Shown one piece after another: positions 1 to 13,295 of a stretch of 64,000 bases of DNA. The DNA lies in NCBI GenBank assembly GCA_951406725.2, contig OX597828.1, positions 4,774,001-4,838,000 on the forward strand. The letters run 5' to 3'. The notes under the pieces were generated by a model, which worked only from the letters and a program-made list of their open reading frames with translations, made no database searches and had not been told where the DNA came from. The stretch is from Octopus vulgaris (lineage: Eukaryota). The translations under genes and the position numbers were made by a program. Position 1 is the stretch's first letter; each line of letters opens with the position of its first letter.

Positions 1-1039
1 GTAAGACTAAGTCAGGTATTTTCTTGCTTTTCGTATTTATTGAATGTCGGTCATTTTTGCGCGCTCTATTCCATTTTCGATTAAACTGAGTATTTTCTTT
101 CTAGTAATATATATATATATATATATATATATACTGTAAGTTCTTGGAGTCATTTATCCCGGGTTTCGAGATTTGATACAATCACTTAAATCAATATCCC
201 GCAAAAATGAATCCAAAATACCAGATTTTCTCCTCTCTATCAATGCACCGGAAATAGTTTAAGACAATTCCGATTGAATAAGTAAAGTATGTTCATTAAA
301 AAGTACAAATCACAACTCAATATCCTATAATAACACACCAGAAAGAGAAAAAAATGACCGGAGACAACATAGATAATTCGAAAAGTTTAAGTAACAGGCT
401 TCCTCGGGGATTCGAAGCCCCAATTCTAGATAACTTCACAATAACATACACACCTGAAACACCAGTTGTTCACGTCATCTCAGACTAAACCAGTGAAATT
501 TTTCTCTCGCCAAAGATGGACTCTTCAGAAAAAGAAGCAAGTAGTCTCTTCGGAACGGTAGATGACCGTCAGATATAAACAAATTACCGACTCCCTACCA
601 CGGAGACAACCTAGCAGAAGGTTGACATTTGAAAAAACAAAAATATTTTGTCCAAAACAGAAAATATTTTTCATGAGAAAAAGTGAAGTCACGAAACATA
701 CACCCAATCAGAACTTGTTGCTTGACCGTGATCAAAAAGAAATAGAGGTCACCAGGACGCCAACGAACAGAAACGCTAGACCTTGAGAAGACAAAAATAT
801 TTTGACCAAAACACCCACGAGAAAAACAAAAAAAACGTCATCATATACATAGACACTCACACAGAATTATCGGCGTAAATTTGGCAGTTAGCATAAAAGG
901 AACAGAATACACAGTACCCCATCCAAAAAATATGAACTAGAGTATTGATAAGAGATATAAGTTTACTCACATAAGGCACTCTCACCGTCGGCCACAGCCT
1001 CAAGACAATTCCAGAACTTGGTGCATGCGTTCCTCACTC

Positions 1040-1175
1040 TGTTACTGGGAAGATATTCTCCTTGATCTTGGCGAACAGCTTGGTTTTGGTACTGTAAACA
1101 CGCTCCACATATTGTAATTCAATGCATTACAATAAAAAAAATTAGGGAATCAGAAATTAGGCCGATGAACTCATA
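1040..1175 (+). pseudogene. Decayed gag-like ORF1 fragment of a non-LTR retrotransposon (CCHC zinc knuckle)
   Basis: 1084-1125 translates F(ttt, one change from C)WYCKHAPHIVIQC, which has C-x2-C-x4-H-x4-C spacing. Surrounding frames are interrupted by stops. Confidence 0.35.
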
Positions 1176-1921
1176 GAAATTCCCCGACAACCATTTCTAA
1201 CTCTTTCCAGAGGTATACAAAGTAGCTGAATATTGTTGCAACGCATATATTTTTCAGCGGTAACTTGCTCCAGCCATGGATTAACCGGTCTCCAGCAGCC
1301 TTATATAGCTGCCTGAATTGAGTGTAAGGCATTGTTGAAGAAGGCAGGGATGAAATCCCTCAAGTGGACACAGTCAAAATACCTGCTGAGACGCTTTATG
1401 TTGTCCACAGCTTGCTCATCTCCGTAACAACTGTCCGTATCACACCGTGCAGCCTGTTCAATGTTCGTAGAGCATTGAGCAGAAATAACGATTTCGGCAC
1501 TTTGATGCCTATCGTAGATCATCATTATATAAGTAACACTTTTCCAATATTTAGATGGTTTCCAGTTAACCTTTTCTCGACTGCAAGTTTTAATATTTAT
1601 GGTCTCCGTGCCGTTGACTATTCACCAATACATCGAGCCGTTCCTGAATAAAGGAGGCATACAGAGCGTAGGATTTCCTCCGAATGCCCTCAAAGTGTAT
1701 AACAAATCGGAAAGGAAAGAGATTGTTTTAGATCTGCAAACAGTCAGATAAGTTGTGCGGTATTCTGTAAAGAGTTAGTTTGATTACAGTTGCTCTCTTC
1801 AGACTGTAATTCATACAAAGAAGATGCAATGTTTTACACATAGGAGCGTGCATGTATATAGTTCCTATGTCTGTGTGTGCCTGTGTATATATATGTATAT
1901 GCGTGTGTTAAAATATATTTT

Positions 1922-1959
<38 letters not shown>

Positions 1960-3222
1960 AATGTATATGTGTATACACACACACGCACACACACATACAT
2001 ACATTAAGCACAGAGAAAAAGAGTGAGACAAAGAGAAAGGCAGAGACAGTGAGAGAGAGATGAGACGCATGTATTTCGATATATTTCAATTTTAAGTTAA
2101 TGATATTCTCGAAATTTAAAGATTTAATGAAAAAATTATAAAGCAGCAAATACTATCTTTAAGTATATAAACCTCTTCCGAATGATCGCTGATTCGATTA
2201 AATGTGACACTTCTGATCGATGCAAAGTGAATATTTTATATATATTTGTTTTTATATGCACAAAATTTACAAAATCTGCATATTTAAATGACATCTAATT
2301 GAATATGTCATCAGAAATGTCGAAATATTTCGTTTATATAAACGGAAAACAAAAATACAAAATAAAAACTTAAAATGGAGGAAAAGTATTTGCAAATATG
2401 AGAAATGCAATATTACTGTAAATATATCTTCAGCTGGAAGTCCCGATAAATATTCGTGGGCAAATTTTCAATTTTATCTCCATAAATCAGCCTTAACTTA
2501 ATAGTTTGTCATCTGAAATGCATAACCATTTTTTATTCATAATTTTAGTATTACTTTCGTTAGTAACAGAGTGTTACTTCCTTTGGGGAAAAGACGTAAC
2601 AACGTAATACGTATCTGATGTTAACGCTATGACTTCAGATAAATGATACTTTCCATGCAGTATCAAAATATCATAGCATTCGATATCGAAAATAGTTCGA
2701 GTCATTATAATTAGTTTGAAAGTAATTAGTTATTATTATTTGCGTTTATTTTGTTTCATTAGTCTATTTTCTCTTAGATCGAATTAAGAAATAAGTGTTT
2801 GCGGGTATTGTACTTATACTTAAAAAAATTCAAGTTGATTCCGGATAAGTTTTGGCTATTTGGTAATGCATTTTACTTAATATTTACACGCATTTGCATC
2901 TAGTGGACATAGAGTCTACTCAACGTAATTAGAAGAGACGTACATCAAATTGGAAAAGATACGTATCTGCATGTGATATTTGACTTAATGTCTGGCAATT
3001 TGAAGATGATAGAAGTTGCAACATTTGAAAGAATTGGGAAATGAAAGTCGAAAGAATAATATTATATATGTTTCTTAATCAGTTAGCAAACGGGTTTGCA
3101 TTGGCGTGTTCCCATGAAAATTTGCTGACGAGTTATTACGCAGATGTAATTTCTTGCAAACACTTACTGAATATAAAAATCTGATTAAATACTTTAATGG
3201 TACTGTAGAAAGAATTGCCCAC

Positions 3223-3340
3223 GGGTAGCGGTTAAGAGCGCGGGCTACTAACGCGAAGATTTCGAGTTCAATTCCAGGCAGTGACCTGAATAATAATAAA
3301 ACATTTATAGGAATAATAATAAAACATTTATAGGAATGAC

Positions 3341-3372
<32 letters not shown>

Positions 3373-3409
3373 TGATGATGATGATGATGATAATAATAAT
3401 AATATTATT

Positions 3410-3475
<66 letters not shown>

Positions 3476-3633
3476 TAATAATAACAATAACAACAATGAA
3501 AAATACCTTAGGAATGAGAACCCTGGTTCGAAATTTCCCCAAGACACCTGATGAAGGCTGGAGTGTATATCAGCCGAAACGTTGTGTTAACAACAAACAA
3601 GATGAGGACAAATATCCGTCAAATGTAAATAAA
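3223..3633 (+). mobile_element. tRNA-derived SINE with internal (AAT)n tract and hammerhead-bearing tail
   Basis: Head has A-box-like GGGTAGCGGTTAAG and B-box-like GAGTTCAATTCC, then (AAT)n, then a tail homologous to 14066-14205. Confidence 0.75.
3543..3588 (+). ncRNA. Minimal type I hammerhead ribozyme
   Basis: Stem I GACAC/GTGTT; core CTGATGA (+A); stem II GGCTG/CAGCC; GAAA; palindromic stem III ACGT; predicted GUU site after 3583. Confidence 0.8.
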
Positions 3634-4778
3634 GTCTTTCCTTTATGTTTGTTTTAACTGATATAAATTCTTCTAATTTGGTCTCGATGCAAAATCATGT
3701 TTCAACACACGATTTCACATCAAGAATCTTGTACAACAGATACATAAATGCTATTACAAATTACCCTAGAGGAATAAAAAACGGTATAAGTGAGTGAAAC
3801 AAAGGAATCGGGAATAAAGGCGTTAACAATATAAGGAAACACTGACCATGCTTCTGCATATTACACCAGTTTCTTAAAAAAATAGCGTTGTTCATGCATG
3901 TTCTTCTTTCCAAAACATCATTTAAAATAAATCTATCCTTAATGAAATACTGAATCCATAAAAAAATCATCCAGAATTACACAAATTGCGTCTTTACATA
4001 ATGCATTAAAGTTATAAATTGTAAGAATATAGACAAATGAGAAGTTATGATAGAATGGAATACTTGAAAATAGTATATTTACAGCTAAATGTGGTATCAT
4101 ATAGAAACAGGAAATGTATAAAATATTCAAGCGGCGTGTATTTTTAAAATTAAAAAAATAGATTAAAAATAATATTGATGCTAAAGAATATCCTTTCCAT
4201 TTTTCAACACATAGTGTTAGCTATTGGACATGTTGCCATTTTGCAGTTATGAACAAAATGCCATTGCTGTGTTATTTATTACCCAGCAGACTGTCTGAAA
4301 GAGAAGGCACTTACACTGAAACGAGCCGTGAATAGCTGTTCATACAAGGTTGACATTTCCAAGAAGAAAATTACCCGCTCGGAACACATTCACTCATACA
4401 ACATTAAATTTAGCAAACACGTTTAGAGTTATATATTTGATATGACGTATGATTCAAGTCTATCGATCTCTATTCAACGATATTTTATGATTAACATGCT
4501 TGAAATAATTGAGTTCTTCTAGAATTATTTGTCAGATAAATCATACATTAAAAAGAAGGAAGAAAAGAAAAAGATATTAATGGAGATGGGTTGCTATGCC
4601 GAAGTAACCAGTGCAAAAAATGAAGTGGCCATGTATTTCGTGTTTCTTAATACAGAAAATTAAAAATTAACGTAAATGAATTAAGATTACATGTTCAGCG
4701 TCCCGCTCATCCAAATGCGACTGGTGGTCATTCATTTTTAATAATACCATGTAATTTAAGGTTTTTGCCTCATGCGGG

Positions 4779-5000
<222 letters not shown>

Positions 5001-5123
5001 ATTAGACCATGTGGTAACTTATTAAGGAATGGCTTCATCCAAGGAAATACTGGTTCAATACCTAGTATTTTAAGGGAATGAATTTCTTTAAAATGATAGG
5101 TATATAAAAGCGTATAGTTCCAT

Positions 5124-5505
5124 TTATAAAGAAAGGAAATGGAGATTAGCAGATTAGCATGTTAATAAATGCTTATAATTAAAAGCAAGTTGAACATCTT
5201 CACTTACAGCCGCTTCAGTTAATACTCAATAAACATTAATATTATATTTATGTCACATGAGCACAATATCCTCCGAGGAAAAAATATGTACAGTTGGATG
5301 TTATATGTTTGCTAATGAATTAATTTTAGTATAACATATAACATCCAAATGTAAATCTCTTCCCCTCTGATCATATTATGCTCCTGTCACATAAATGTAA
5401 ATTTAATGTTTATTGAGTATTATCTGAAACGGCTGTAAGTGAAGATGATCAACTTGGTGTTAATAGTAAGCAATTATTAACATGCTAATCTCCATTTCCT
5501 TTTAT
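5124..5505. repeat. Imperfect inverted repeat (~110-bp arms), probably a PLE-derived foldback remnant
   Basis: AAAGGAAATGGAGATTAGCA...CAATAAACATTAA is mirrored by TTAATGTTTATTG...TGCTAATCTCCATTTCCTTT. Confidence 0.8.
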
Positions 5506-5516
5506 ATATATATATA

Positions 5517-5661
5517 CTTTATTTTAAGCAGCAGAAAATTCAACAAAATCTGTTACTCTGAGTTTCTCGTTGCCGTTCATCAGACAGTTTTTGTCTGATG
5601 AACGGCAACGAGAAACTCAGAGTAACAGATTTTGTTGAATTTTCTGCTGCTTAAAATAAAG
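5517..5661. repeat. Perfect 70-bp-arm palindrome with 5-nt loop
   Basis: 5517-5586 is the exact reverse complement of 5592-5661. Confidence 0.95.
5590..5629 (+). ncRNA. Hammerhead-like motif with weak stem II
   Basis: Stem I TTTGT/ACAGA; CTGATGA; A-CG-GCAA-CG-A; GAAA; stem III ACTC-A-GAGT; GUA site. Confidence 0.55.
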
Positions 5662-5743
5662 CATATTACTCTACCACTGGTATTTGAGTACTCTTTTTTC
5701 CACCTTGTTTCACATTTATGTGTTTACTCCGGTGTAACCCGCT

Positions 5744-5781
<38 letters not shown>

Positions 5782-5850
5782 ATGACCGCGTGTGTACCGT
5801 TGGCGATTTTTTCCTCCGTCTTCCTTTCTTTGGATCTTTCCTTTTCCTAT

Positions 5851-5885
5851 GTTTCTGACGAAGAGCTCGGCTCGAAACGTTAAAC
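5851..5885 (+). ncRNA. Minimal type I hammerhead ribozyme in a short repeat (~5782-5990)
   Basis: GTTT CTGACGA A GAGC TCG GCTC GAAA CGT T AAAC: stem I GTTT/AAAC, stem II GAGC/GCTC, palindromic stem III ACGT. Confidence 0.8.
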
Positions 5886-6010
5886 CCTCCTTCTTTCCTT
5901 CTTTACTGAGCGTCCAATAATACTACACTTGTTCCACGTCCTCGCGTTGTTGTGTATTCTCTTGGTGTTTTCATGTTTGGATTAACTGTATATACATATA
6001 CATATATACC

Positions 6011-6068
<58 letters not shown>

Positions 6069-6105
6069 CTTATATATTAATATACACATATACATATATA
6101 TATAT

Positions 6106-7003
6106 ATCGTCTTCTAAATGTTTTACGTTCTTGTCCCAGTTTGTATTTTTCTACATATAATATATATAGCGTCGTCCGTACCCTCGTTGGCCTTATGTAA
6201 GTACATATTCCTGTAAATTTGGTACGACTCTACACACTGTCTCTCTTTCTCCTATATTTCTCTGCCTTTCACACTTTGCACTCTACTCTGATCTGTTCCC
6301 TTCTCCCTCTCTCTCTCTCTCTACTTCTCCTCCTTTTCTCTTTTCTTGCCTCTGATTCTTTGTTCTACTCTTCCCCCACTCTCTCACATTTCTCGGTCTT
6401 TCTCACTTTGCACTCACTAGCCAATCCTTGGTACGCACTCTTTCTTCTCCCCTCTTTAATTCCTTCTTTCTCTCTCTCTCTTCCCCCCCTTTGTTGCCTT
6501 CGTCCCTCTTTTTCTCTCTCTCTCTCTTTGTTTCGTTTGCCCCTTTCTTTTCTCTCTCTTCTCTCACGTGACCGCTGGTCAAATCAGCCTTTTTGGCCTC
6601 CGACCACTACCGTGAGAACATGGTTGTCTTCGTCTGCTGATAAAGGCACTTTTTCCAAATACGCCAGCTAAACTTGTTGTATTGTTTATTAGTCGTAAGA
6701 CACCCGCTGTTTTTGTCCTGTTTTTTTCATTATTGTTTTTTGTATTTTATATTCGTGTGGCATCGTCCGTTTTTCTGTCCCTGTTTCGTATACATTCGAT
6801 CCTTCTTCCAAGAAATCTAATGCTCGTAGCTTAGTTTTTCCTTGGGGCAGGCCGGATCGGAGCGATCTCAAGATTAATCAGCCGAAAGTGCTAGGATGAT
6901 CCGGTTCTTGACTGAAGATTGAAGGCTTCGAATGTCCCGTCCGTGTTTTTTGTATCGTCTTCTAAATGTTTTACGTTCTTGTACCAGTTTGTATTTTTCT
7001 ACA
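6106..7003. mobile_element. Non-coding element bounded by ~48-bp direct repeats (pLTR-like, probably PLE-derived)
   Basis: ATCGTCTTCTAAATGTTTTACGTTCTTGT(C/A)CCAGTTTGTATTTTTCTACA occurs at ~6106 and ~6954. The interior is CT-rich. Confidence 0.55.
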
Positions 7004-7039
7004 GGTGACAACAGTCTTGTATATCACTTATATTTTTAA

Positions 7040-7650
7040 AATGTGGCCAGTTGTGATAGAGGCAAATGCAAAATCAACCCGGACGACTTCTGTTATATTT
7101 GTGGATACTACACTTTACGCAGGCAACGAAATGAAATCGTAGATTGTGAGAAGAAAGCTTACCTTACTTACATTGGCATGAAACTGAGTGGTCAATAAGT
7201 TATCCATAAGTGATCAGTAAGTTTCCAGCTTTGACTTGTGAGAAAATTAAGGTGTGTGCATTCAACATTCCATAGGTTACCTGGCTATTGTTTTTGAGCA
7301 GTTTTCGGAGACGATATCTGCTGTTGGAAAAAAAGCATGATATACTTTTGCTACAGATGTGTCTGATTTCCTGGGAAACAAGAAATCGTTGAATTGTGAA
7401 GAACTTGTGAGAGACCCTGTTAACGAGTTTTCAATCACTAAGCTGCAGCATGAGTGGAAAAGTACAGTTGCTGCACAGTCATGTGGACTACTTCCCAGAA
7501 AATCATAGCGCAATTAGTGATGAGAGATGACAATGATTCCACAAAGGCACCATGGAAACGAGGTATCAACGCAATTGGAACACAAACATGATGACTGACT
7601 ACTGCTGGTCCCTGCAAAGTGACTGCCGTGATGCAAATTATTTATGCAAT
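7040..7650 (+). mobile_element. Internally deleted, decayed Chapaev3-like (CMC) DNA transposase
   Basis: N-terminal KCKINPDDFCYICGYYTL...KKAYLTYIGMKL is joined to C-terminal KFPALTCEKIK...DFLGNKKS...LHSHVDYFPEN...METRYQRNWNTNMMTD..CWSL. Family assigned from recalled motifs. Confidence 0.7.
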
Positions 7651-8320
7651 TAAACACCCAGACAGACTATAGAAAGAAAACAAGGACGGGTCATTCGAAT
7701 TTTTATTTTATTCTGGTGGACCCGCATAGCCATTCAATGTTTAAAAAGTAGTTTTATAGAAACTTCTTTCAAAATTCCTATTTTCCAATTCACACATAAA
7801 TTTTTGTAGGGTGAAATGTTAGAGAAAGAAACCGAGCTCTTTCTTGCAATAGATACAAATACATACATCAAAAACAAAGTTTTTTTCAGCGGCCCTTAAA
7901 ATACTATTATGAATCTCTAAAATTTTGTTTGCGTTGGACCCCAAAATGTTATATGGATCCTCAGGCGCTATATGAACCCCTGATGAGAACCTTTGGTTTA
8001 AACTACTTCATTTTAATTATCTGAAATTATACGTAAGTAATCGCTATCTAAATGATCGGTATGTAAGGTAGACAATTTATTGGATATGAAGTGCTCCGGG
8101 GAATGCGTCTGATCTTTAGTAATGCGTAGCTTATATTGTATGTTAAGGTATACCGGATGTCAACGAGTGTAGTGGAGAGAGATTGACAAGTGCATGAAAT
8201 GAGAAAGCTAAATTCATTATTTTCATTGATTCTTCAGTAAACTTCATAAATGGTGGATATATATTTCTTTAGTATTCAAGTTACATCTTTGTGAAAGAAA
8301 CTTTAATTATAAATTATTAT

Positions 8321-8385
<65 letters not shown>

Positions 8386-8387
8386 TA

Positions 8388-8422
<35 letters not shown>

Positions 8423-9899
8423 CATTATTATTATCATTTATTTATTTATCTATTTATTTATTTTTGATTAGAGGCGAGATATACATGTTTGAAATAAAAT
8501 AAAGGATTGAAGAAAATAATTAATATCTACTAACACAAGAGTTAGCAATCATGTCCATTATTTGATGATTTGTTATTCACAATTATGCATTAGAAAATCT
8601 GTGAAGGCACTACTCACATAAACACACACACACACACACACACATGGATACTCTCTTACACACACACTCACTCAAATCACACTACATACCCTCTCTATCT
8701 CTTCCACTCATTCTCTTGCTCTCTCTCTCTCTCTCTCTCTCTCTATGTTTCTTTGCCGCTCTCACACACAATTACACACACATACGCAATAGGTGTCAAC
8801 TTGAACTCTTCTATCGCACCTTTTGCACATAAATATCAAATATTAAATCAGTTCTAAAATCAATATTGGTTTAACAAAAAAAAAAAAAGAATTAAAATCC
8901 ATGTAATAGTTTATAAAACTCGGCAAGAAATATTAGACACACATAAAAATCAAACAACAAGAGAGGACGTATGTTAAACATGAATAACTCAAAAGATGCT
9001 AAATTTGAAACACGTGGGAAGGTTTCTATTGAATAGGGTGGTATAGATTAATGGTATTTATTACTGCCGAAAATGAATGGAAGATATGTATCGAGAAGAA
9101 CCTACATAATTTAAACACATAAAGCTGGAGTACTATTTCACATCAATTGCAGTAATAGATTTTCTCTTTTCTCTGTTCGACCATTTCGTTGTTGTTAGTG
9201 CAGCTCTTAATGCTGTGGATATTTCACTCGCAAAATCTGCTCTTAGTAACCTTCTTCGTTTGAAGTTACCTGCGTTTTAAAACTTAACAGTTAATTGTCC
9301 CATTATTTTGCTTTTATTGTCAGTGAATACATTTTCTGTCTTCGGCATGGTCAAAATAGTGTTCCTTTCATGGTTTCCGCTGTTACGAAAAAATAAAAGA
9401 AAGGAGAAAACGAAAAGTAATGAATCTTTAGAAAGAGCGACAGCAACGATTATAGTAGTATCCACAACAACAAAACATTAGTTGGCGAACATTTTCCCAT
9501 TGGGTTTATAATGGAGACGCTTCTATAAATACGACACTTTATACATCACATGAGAAATACGCATTAGCACTGCTTCAGATGAGCTGCAAGAATGAAAATT
9601 TCTTCTGCAATATTGATATAAATTCGTTCATTATCATTGCCATCATGGACGTCATCCACCACTTCTTCCCCTACTCATCTCCCTACTCATTCTCCTCTTA
9701 ATCTTCATCAATGCAGTGAATGTGATCAAGCGTTCCTAGTGGTCAAAATCCTTTTCAACACACACACGCACACACAAACACACACACACAAATGTCCATT
9801 CTTATTGACGTTAGAATCTAAGATTTCTAAAATTGACGGTCTTTGCCAAAATTCAAAACACTACTCTTCTTCTCCTTATTGCTGTTGTTGTTTTATTTT

Positions 9900-10090
9900 A
9901 AAGGCAGAATCGTTAGCACGCTGGACGGTATTTCCCCCGTCATTACAGTCTGAGTTCTAATTCCGTGGAGGTCGATTTTGCCTTACATGTTTCCGGGATC
10001 GATAAGTTAAGAACCAGTTGCGTATTGGGTCGATCTAATCGACTGGTACCCTCCCACAAAATTTCAGGCCTCATGACTATAACAGAAAGG
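9900..10090 (+). mobile_element. tRNA-derived SINE (MetaSINE-like core)
   Basis: GGCAGAATCGTTAGCACG A-box and GAGTTCTAATTCC B-box, with a GCCTTACATGTTTCCGGGATCGATAAG core shared with 11775, 16575 and 33160. Confidence 0.75.
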
Positions 10091-10123
<33 letters not shown>

Positions 10124-10124
<1 letters not shown>

Positions 10125-10404
10125 TATGTTTGACTTTTTCTTTACATTTGCACAAGCTGGCTCCAAGTCTCACCCAGAGACCTCAAGAGACAACAGGTTG
10201 GAAGTTCATGTGGATGTTATGCCTAGGGTGCCATATATTTGGTTTTGTACTTAGTGTTGTACTAGTGAATGCCTAAAAAACCATACGAAAATTATGTTCG
10301 TTTTAAAACTTGAGATTACATAGAAAGTATTTTGCGTAGGATATGAGCAGTTCCCATGGGGTTTCCTGGTATCTGAGTTGGGTAGCAATCAGCCCCTTTT
10401 GCTA

Positions 10405-10405
<1 letters not shown>
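10124..10405 (-). mobile_element. 3' fragment of a second Dong/R4-like family in (TAA)n
   Basis: Minus strand reads MGTAHILRKILSM*, matching GTAHILRRTL at the end of the 24.5-28.5 kb element. The 3' UTR differs. Flanked by (TTA)n. Confidence 0.75.
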
Positions 10406-10470
<65 letters not shown>

Positions 10471-10949
10471 GTATTATGTTGTTTCTGTTGGTGATTCCTC
10501 TCCTTATTTGCTGCTGACCATTTCTCTAGTTTTACTAAGTCGCGTTAATGTATTCTTGCAAACTTTCAATTTTCTTTTTGGTTATAAATATTTCAACCAG
10601 CTAATAGAAAATTTATGAAGTTGAATAAGTTATCACATTTTGCTTGTTACTGTTTTTCTTTTGCTTTCATCTAATACAAACATACTTCAACACAACTCAT
10701 GCAAAATAGAAACAGTAAATATTGACGTTTCTGAGGGGAACAGCAGCAGTCTTACCCATACATTTGGTAAAAACAATTACAGTATTATCATTCCCACACG
10801 ACCCAAATTTGACAAATGAATAAAACGATCGAAATTGAATTAAATCCGCAGCTTCTTTTGCAAACAAAATTTAGAACGGACAAAATTTAGACAGAGAACA
10901 TTTAATCGAAAGTTAAGACAGAATAGCAGGAATATTTGACAGACACTTT

Positions 10950-13295
10950 ACACCAGTCGCTCTAACACGGGTAGAAGGAGGAAATAAATTCATCTAACTG
11001 TCTATACCTAAATTGAATGGGTTTTCCTTCTCACCTTCAACGGCCAGCTACAGAAATCGTCGCCAATATGATGAAGATCAGGTAACACAAATACTTTTTA
11101 GCGAGAGGAACAAATACTTTTTGGTGTTCATATATTGATTAATTCCAATATATTGGGGTAATGGAATAGGAGGCCACGTTAAAAGATAATTGTGATTACG
11201 TTAAGCTATTCGGCTGTAATCACTTACGTAAAAAATAGAGAAAAGTGATCAGCTTTGCGATGATTTTCGGCGACATATGGTCAAGTGGTGTCTTCAAATA
11301 CAAATACTTATGATCCATAAAACGCAGAAAATTGCGGATTGCACCCTGTATCGATTCACAAGGAACGTTTAGCAACTATTTATATTGGGCAGCAAGCTCA
11401 GTTATAAAGCACGTGACATCTAATTTCATCGAAATGTCTTCTGCCCAGTAAAACTGGAAGAATTAGCAACTATAAGCCTTCAGTACTACTCCTCTTTGGG
11501 CAGCATCTGGTGAAGCACCAGAATTGGCGAAGTTGTTCGCCCTGTTTTATATGCCTAAAAACGATAACCAACATAGCCAACAATCATCTTGTGTTAATGA
11601 ACAGTAATGGAAATCGCATATGACGTTTCAGATTTTGGTGTAAATAAAAATACTCAATGTAACAAATATACTCCAAGTTGACCTAAACAGACAATGTAAG
11701 GTGTAACGCGCCACCTATCATTTTAAAATAAGGTTTCTTCTAAATACCTAAAACACTAGCAGCATTGCTTAATTTTTTTTTTCTACTCTAGACGCAAAGC
11801 CTGAAATTTTTTGTGGAGGGGGCCAGTCGATAAGATTGACTCCAGTACGCACCTGGTACTTAATTTGTCGACCCTGAAAGAATGAAAAGCAAAATCGCCC
11901 TTGGCAAAATTTGAATTCAGAAAGTATAGATAAACGAAATGCCTATTTCTTTACTACCCACAGGGGCTAAACACAGAGAGGACAAACAAGGACAGACAAA
12001 CGGATTAAGTCGATTATATCGACCCCAGTGCGTATCTAGTACTTATTTAATCGAGCCCGAAAAGATGAAAGGCAAAATCGACCTCCGCGGAATTTGAACT
12101 CAGAACGTAGCGGCAGACGAAATACCGCAAAGCATTTTGCCCGGCGTGCTAACGTTCCTGCTAGCTCGCCGCCTTGCATTGCTTAAATATTGAAGGAAGT
12201 TGAAGATTAACAGTACGTTGACCTAGAAGGAAATGGGTTCCATTTTGAAGAAGACCCAAATGGTAATCTGTTTGTGAACAAAATATACAAGCACTTTATG
12301 AGCCATCATAGCTTTGCAATTTGCTACAGAAAGCGGGACGTTTCTTATCCAGACTTATAGTATATACATTCCGGGGTAGATTTAAGTATGGCAATTTGAA
12401 GGTGGGGCAGTAGCCCGACTACTGCCATAGAGTGCACTGGCTCAAGCAGGCTGGTGAGTTCTCAAATGTTGGTGGTTGCGAACCGTAAATGCTTTCGAGT
12501 TTTTTCCGTTACTAATATACATTCCAACTTGTGTCCTTTATGTCGTGTTTAATCTTTTTTTCTTCAAATTCTAGTCTCTACGTTGTATAACTTCTTTCAC
12601 TATCAATTCCCTCATTATACTAATTTGACTCTTCGCCTATTTTTACATCCCTCATGATTTCAAATTCAATGTTTGCATAAGGTTTTAGGTTTAATGATGG
12701 TCACTCCTGTCGATTTCGACGTATCAGTGTTTGAAGGAGAAGATTAAAAGAAAACACAAAAAATGTGAGGAAATGAAAAAGAACTTTCAAAAATAAAAGA
12801 ACAAAAAATGTTGCACCTGTTTGCAATGGATGCATGAATGTAAATTGAGTCCAGCTTTGGATTCTTGTATATGTAGCGGACTTGATACCTGCAGCTAACG
12901 GTACCATGCTATTTGTTCTTTTTAACTCTCTAATATTTTCATCATTATTCTGGGCGTGCCGAGGAGGTACACCCTTTGTAACAATTCTATTCCGTTCTCC
13001 TTTCTATTCCTCTTGATGACTTCCTTTAGTGTTGTTTTTGTTGTACTCGCAAGTGAAAGAGTGGGGATCCGAAGTGTGAAACTCGTTACCGAATTCTGCT
13101 CTCTTGAAGAAATTAAATTTGGTATTTGCTTTACCATATTCTTGTAAAACCTAGTAGCATCCTTTAGGCTAGTTGACTTTGTCAGATGTTCGTACCTGCA
13201 TGGTAAATGTTGAAATATTTTAAAAGCTAAGTTACATACTTTCAAAATAATATATGATATGGCTTCGCAAATCGGGCAGTTAGCTCTTCCAACAA
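10950..13295 (-). pseudogene. Decayed B-box/B-box/coiled-coil/NHL copy
   Basis: ~13185-13285 reads NCPICEA...FQHLPCRYEH (B-box1-like). ~13035-13090 reads EFHTSDPHSFTCEY (B-box2-like). Propeller-like fragments at 11150-11640. Confidence 0.45.
11775..12175 (-). mobile_element. Two nested/tandem tRNA-derived SINEs (MetaSINE-like core)
   Basis: The core GAAAGGCAAAATCGACCT..GGAATTTGAACTCAGAA occurs twice. The head ends at GCTCGCC ~12170. Confidence 0.8.

Larger units (their letters stand above)
2190..4410 (-). pseudogene. Decayed B-box/coiled-coil/NHL (TRIM-like) copy
   Basis: Minus strand ~4220-4290 reads VCWVINNTAMAFC/HNCKMATCPI (B-box2-like, one frameshift). ~2415-2470 reads LPTNIYRDFQLKIYL and ~2190-2220 reads IRSVTFNRISDH (NHL-blade-like). 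Interrupted by the SINE at 3223. Confidence 0.5.
8920..10870 (-). pseudogene. Decayed B-box/NHL (TRIM-like) copy
   Basis: ~10680-10750 reads CCSPQKRQYLLFLFCMSCVEVCL (B-box2-like), followed by K/E-rich coiled-coil-like sequence. Interrupted by a SINE and an R4 fragment. Confidence 0.4.

Noticed and set aside
3223-3290. Functional tRNA gene (also 13937 and 33397)
   Set aside because: Acceptor stems are broken and each is followed by a repeat body, so these are SINE heads.
6905-6945. Hammerhead candidate CTGAAGA...GAAT
   Set aside because: GAAA is incomplete and there is no convincing stem I or III.
12700-12910. Possible hAT transposase motif (AGIKS..TRIQ..IYIH) on the minus strand
   Set aside because: It needs several frameshifts and no other hAT motifs are nearby. 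The position fits better as the coiled-coil part of a B-box relic.
13255-13295. RING finger start (LEELT/CPIC)
   Set aside because: Downstream Cys/His spacing fits B-box1 better than C3HC4.
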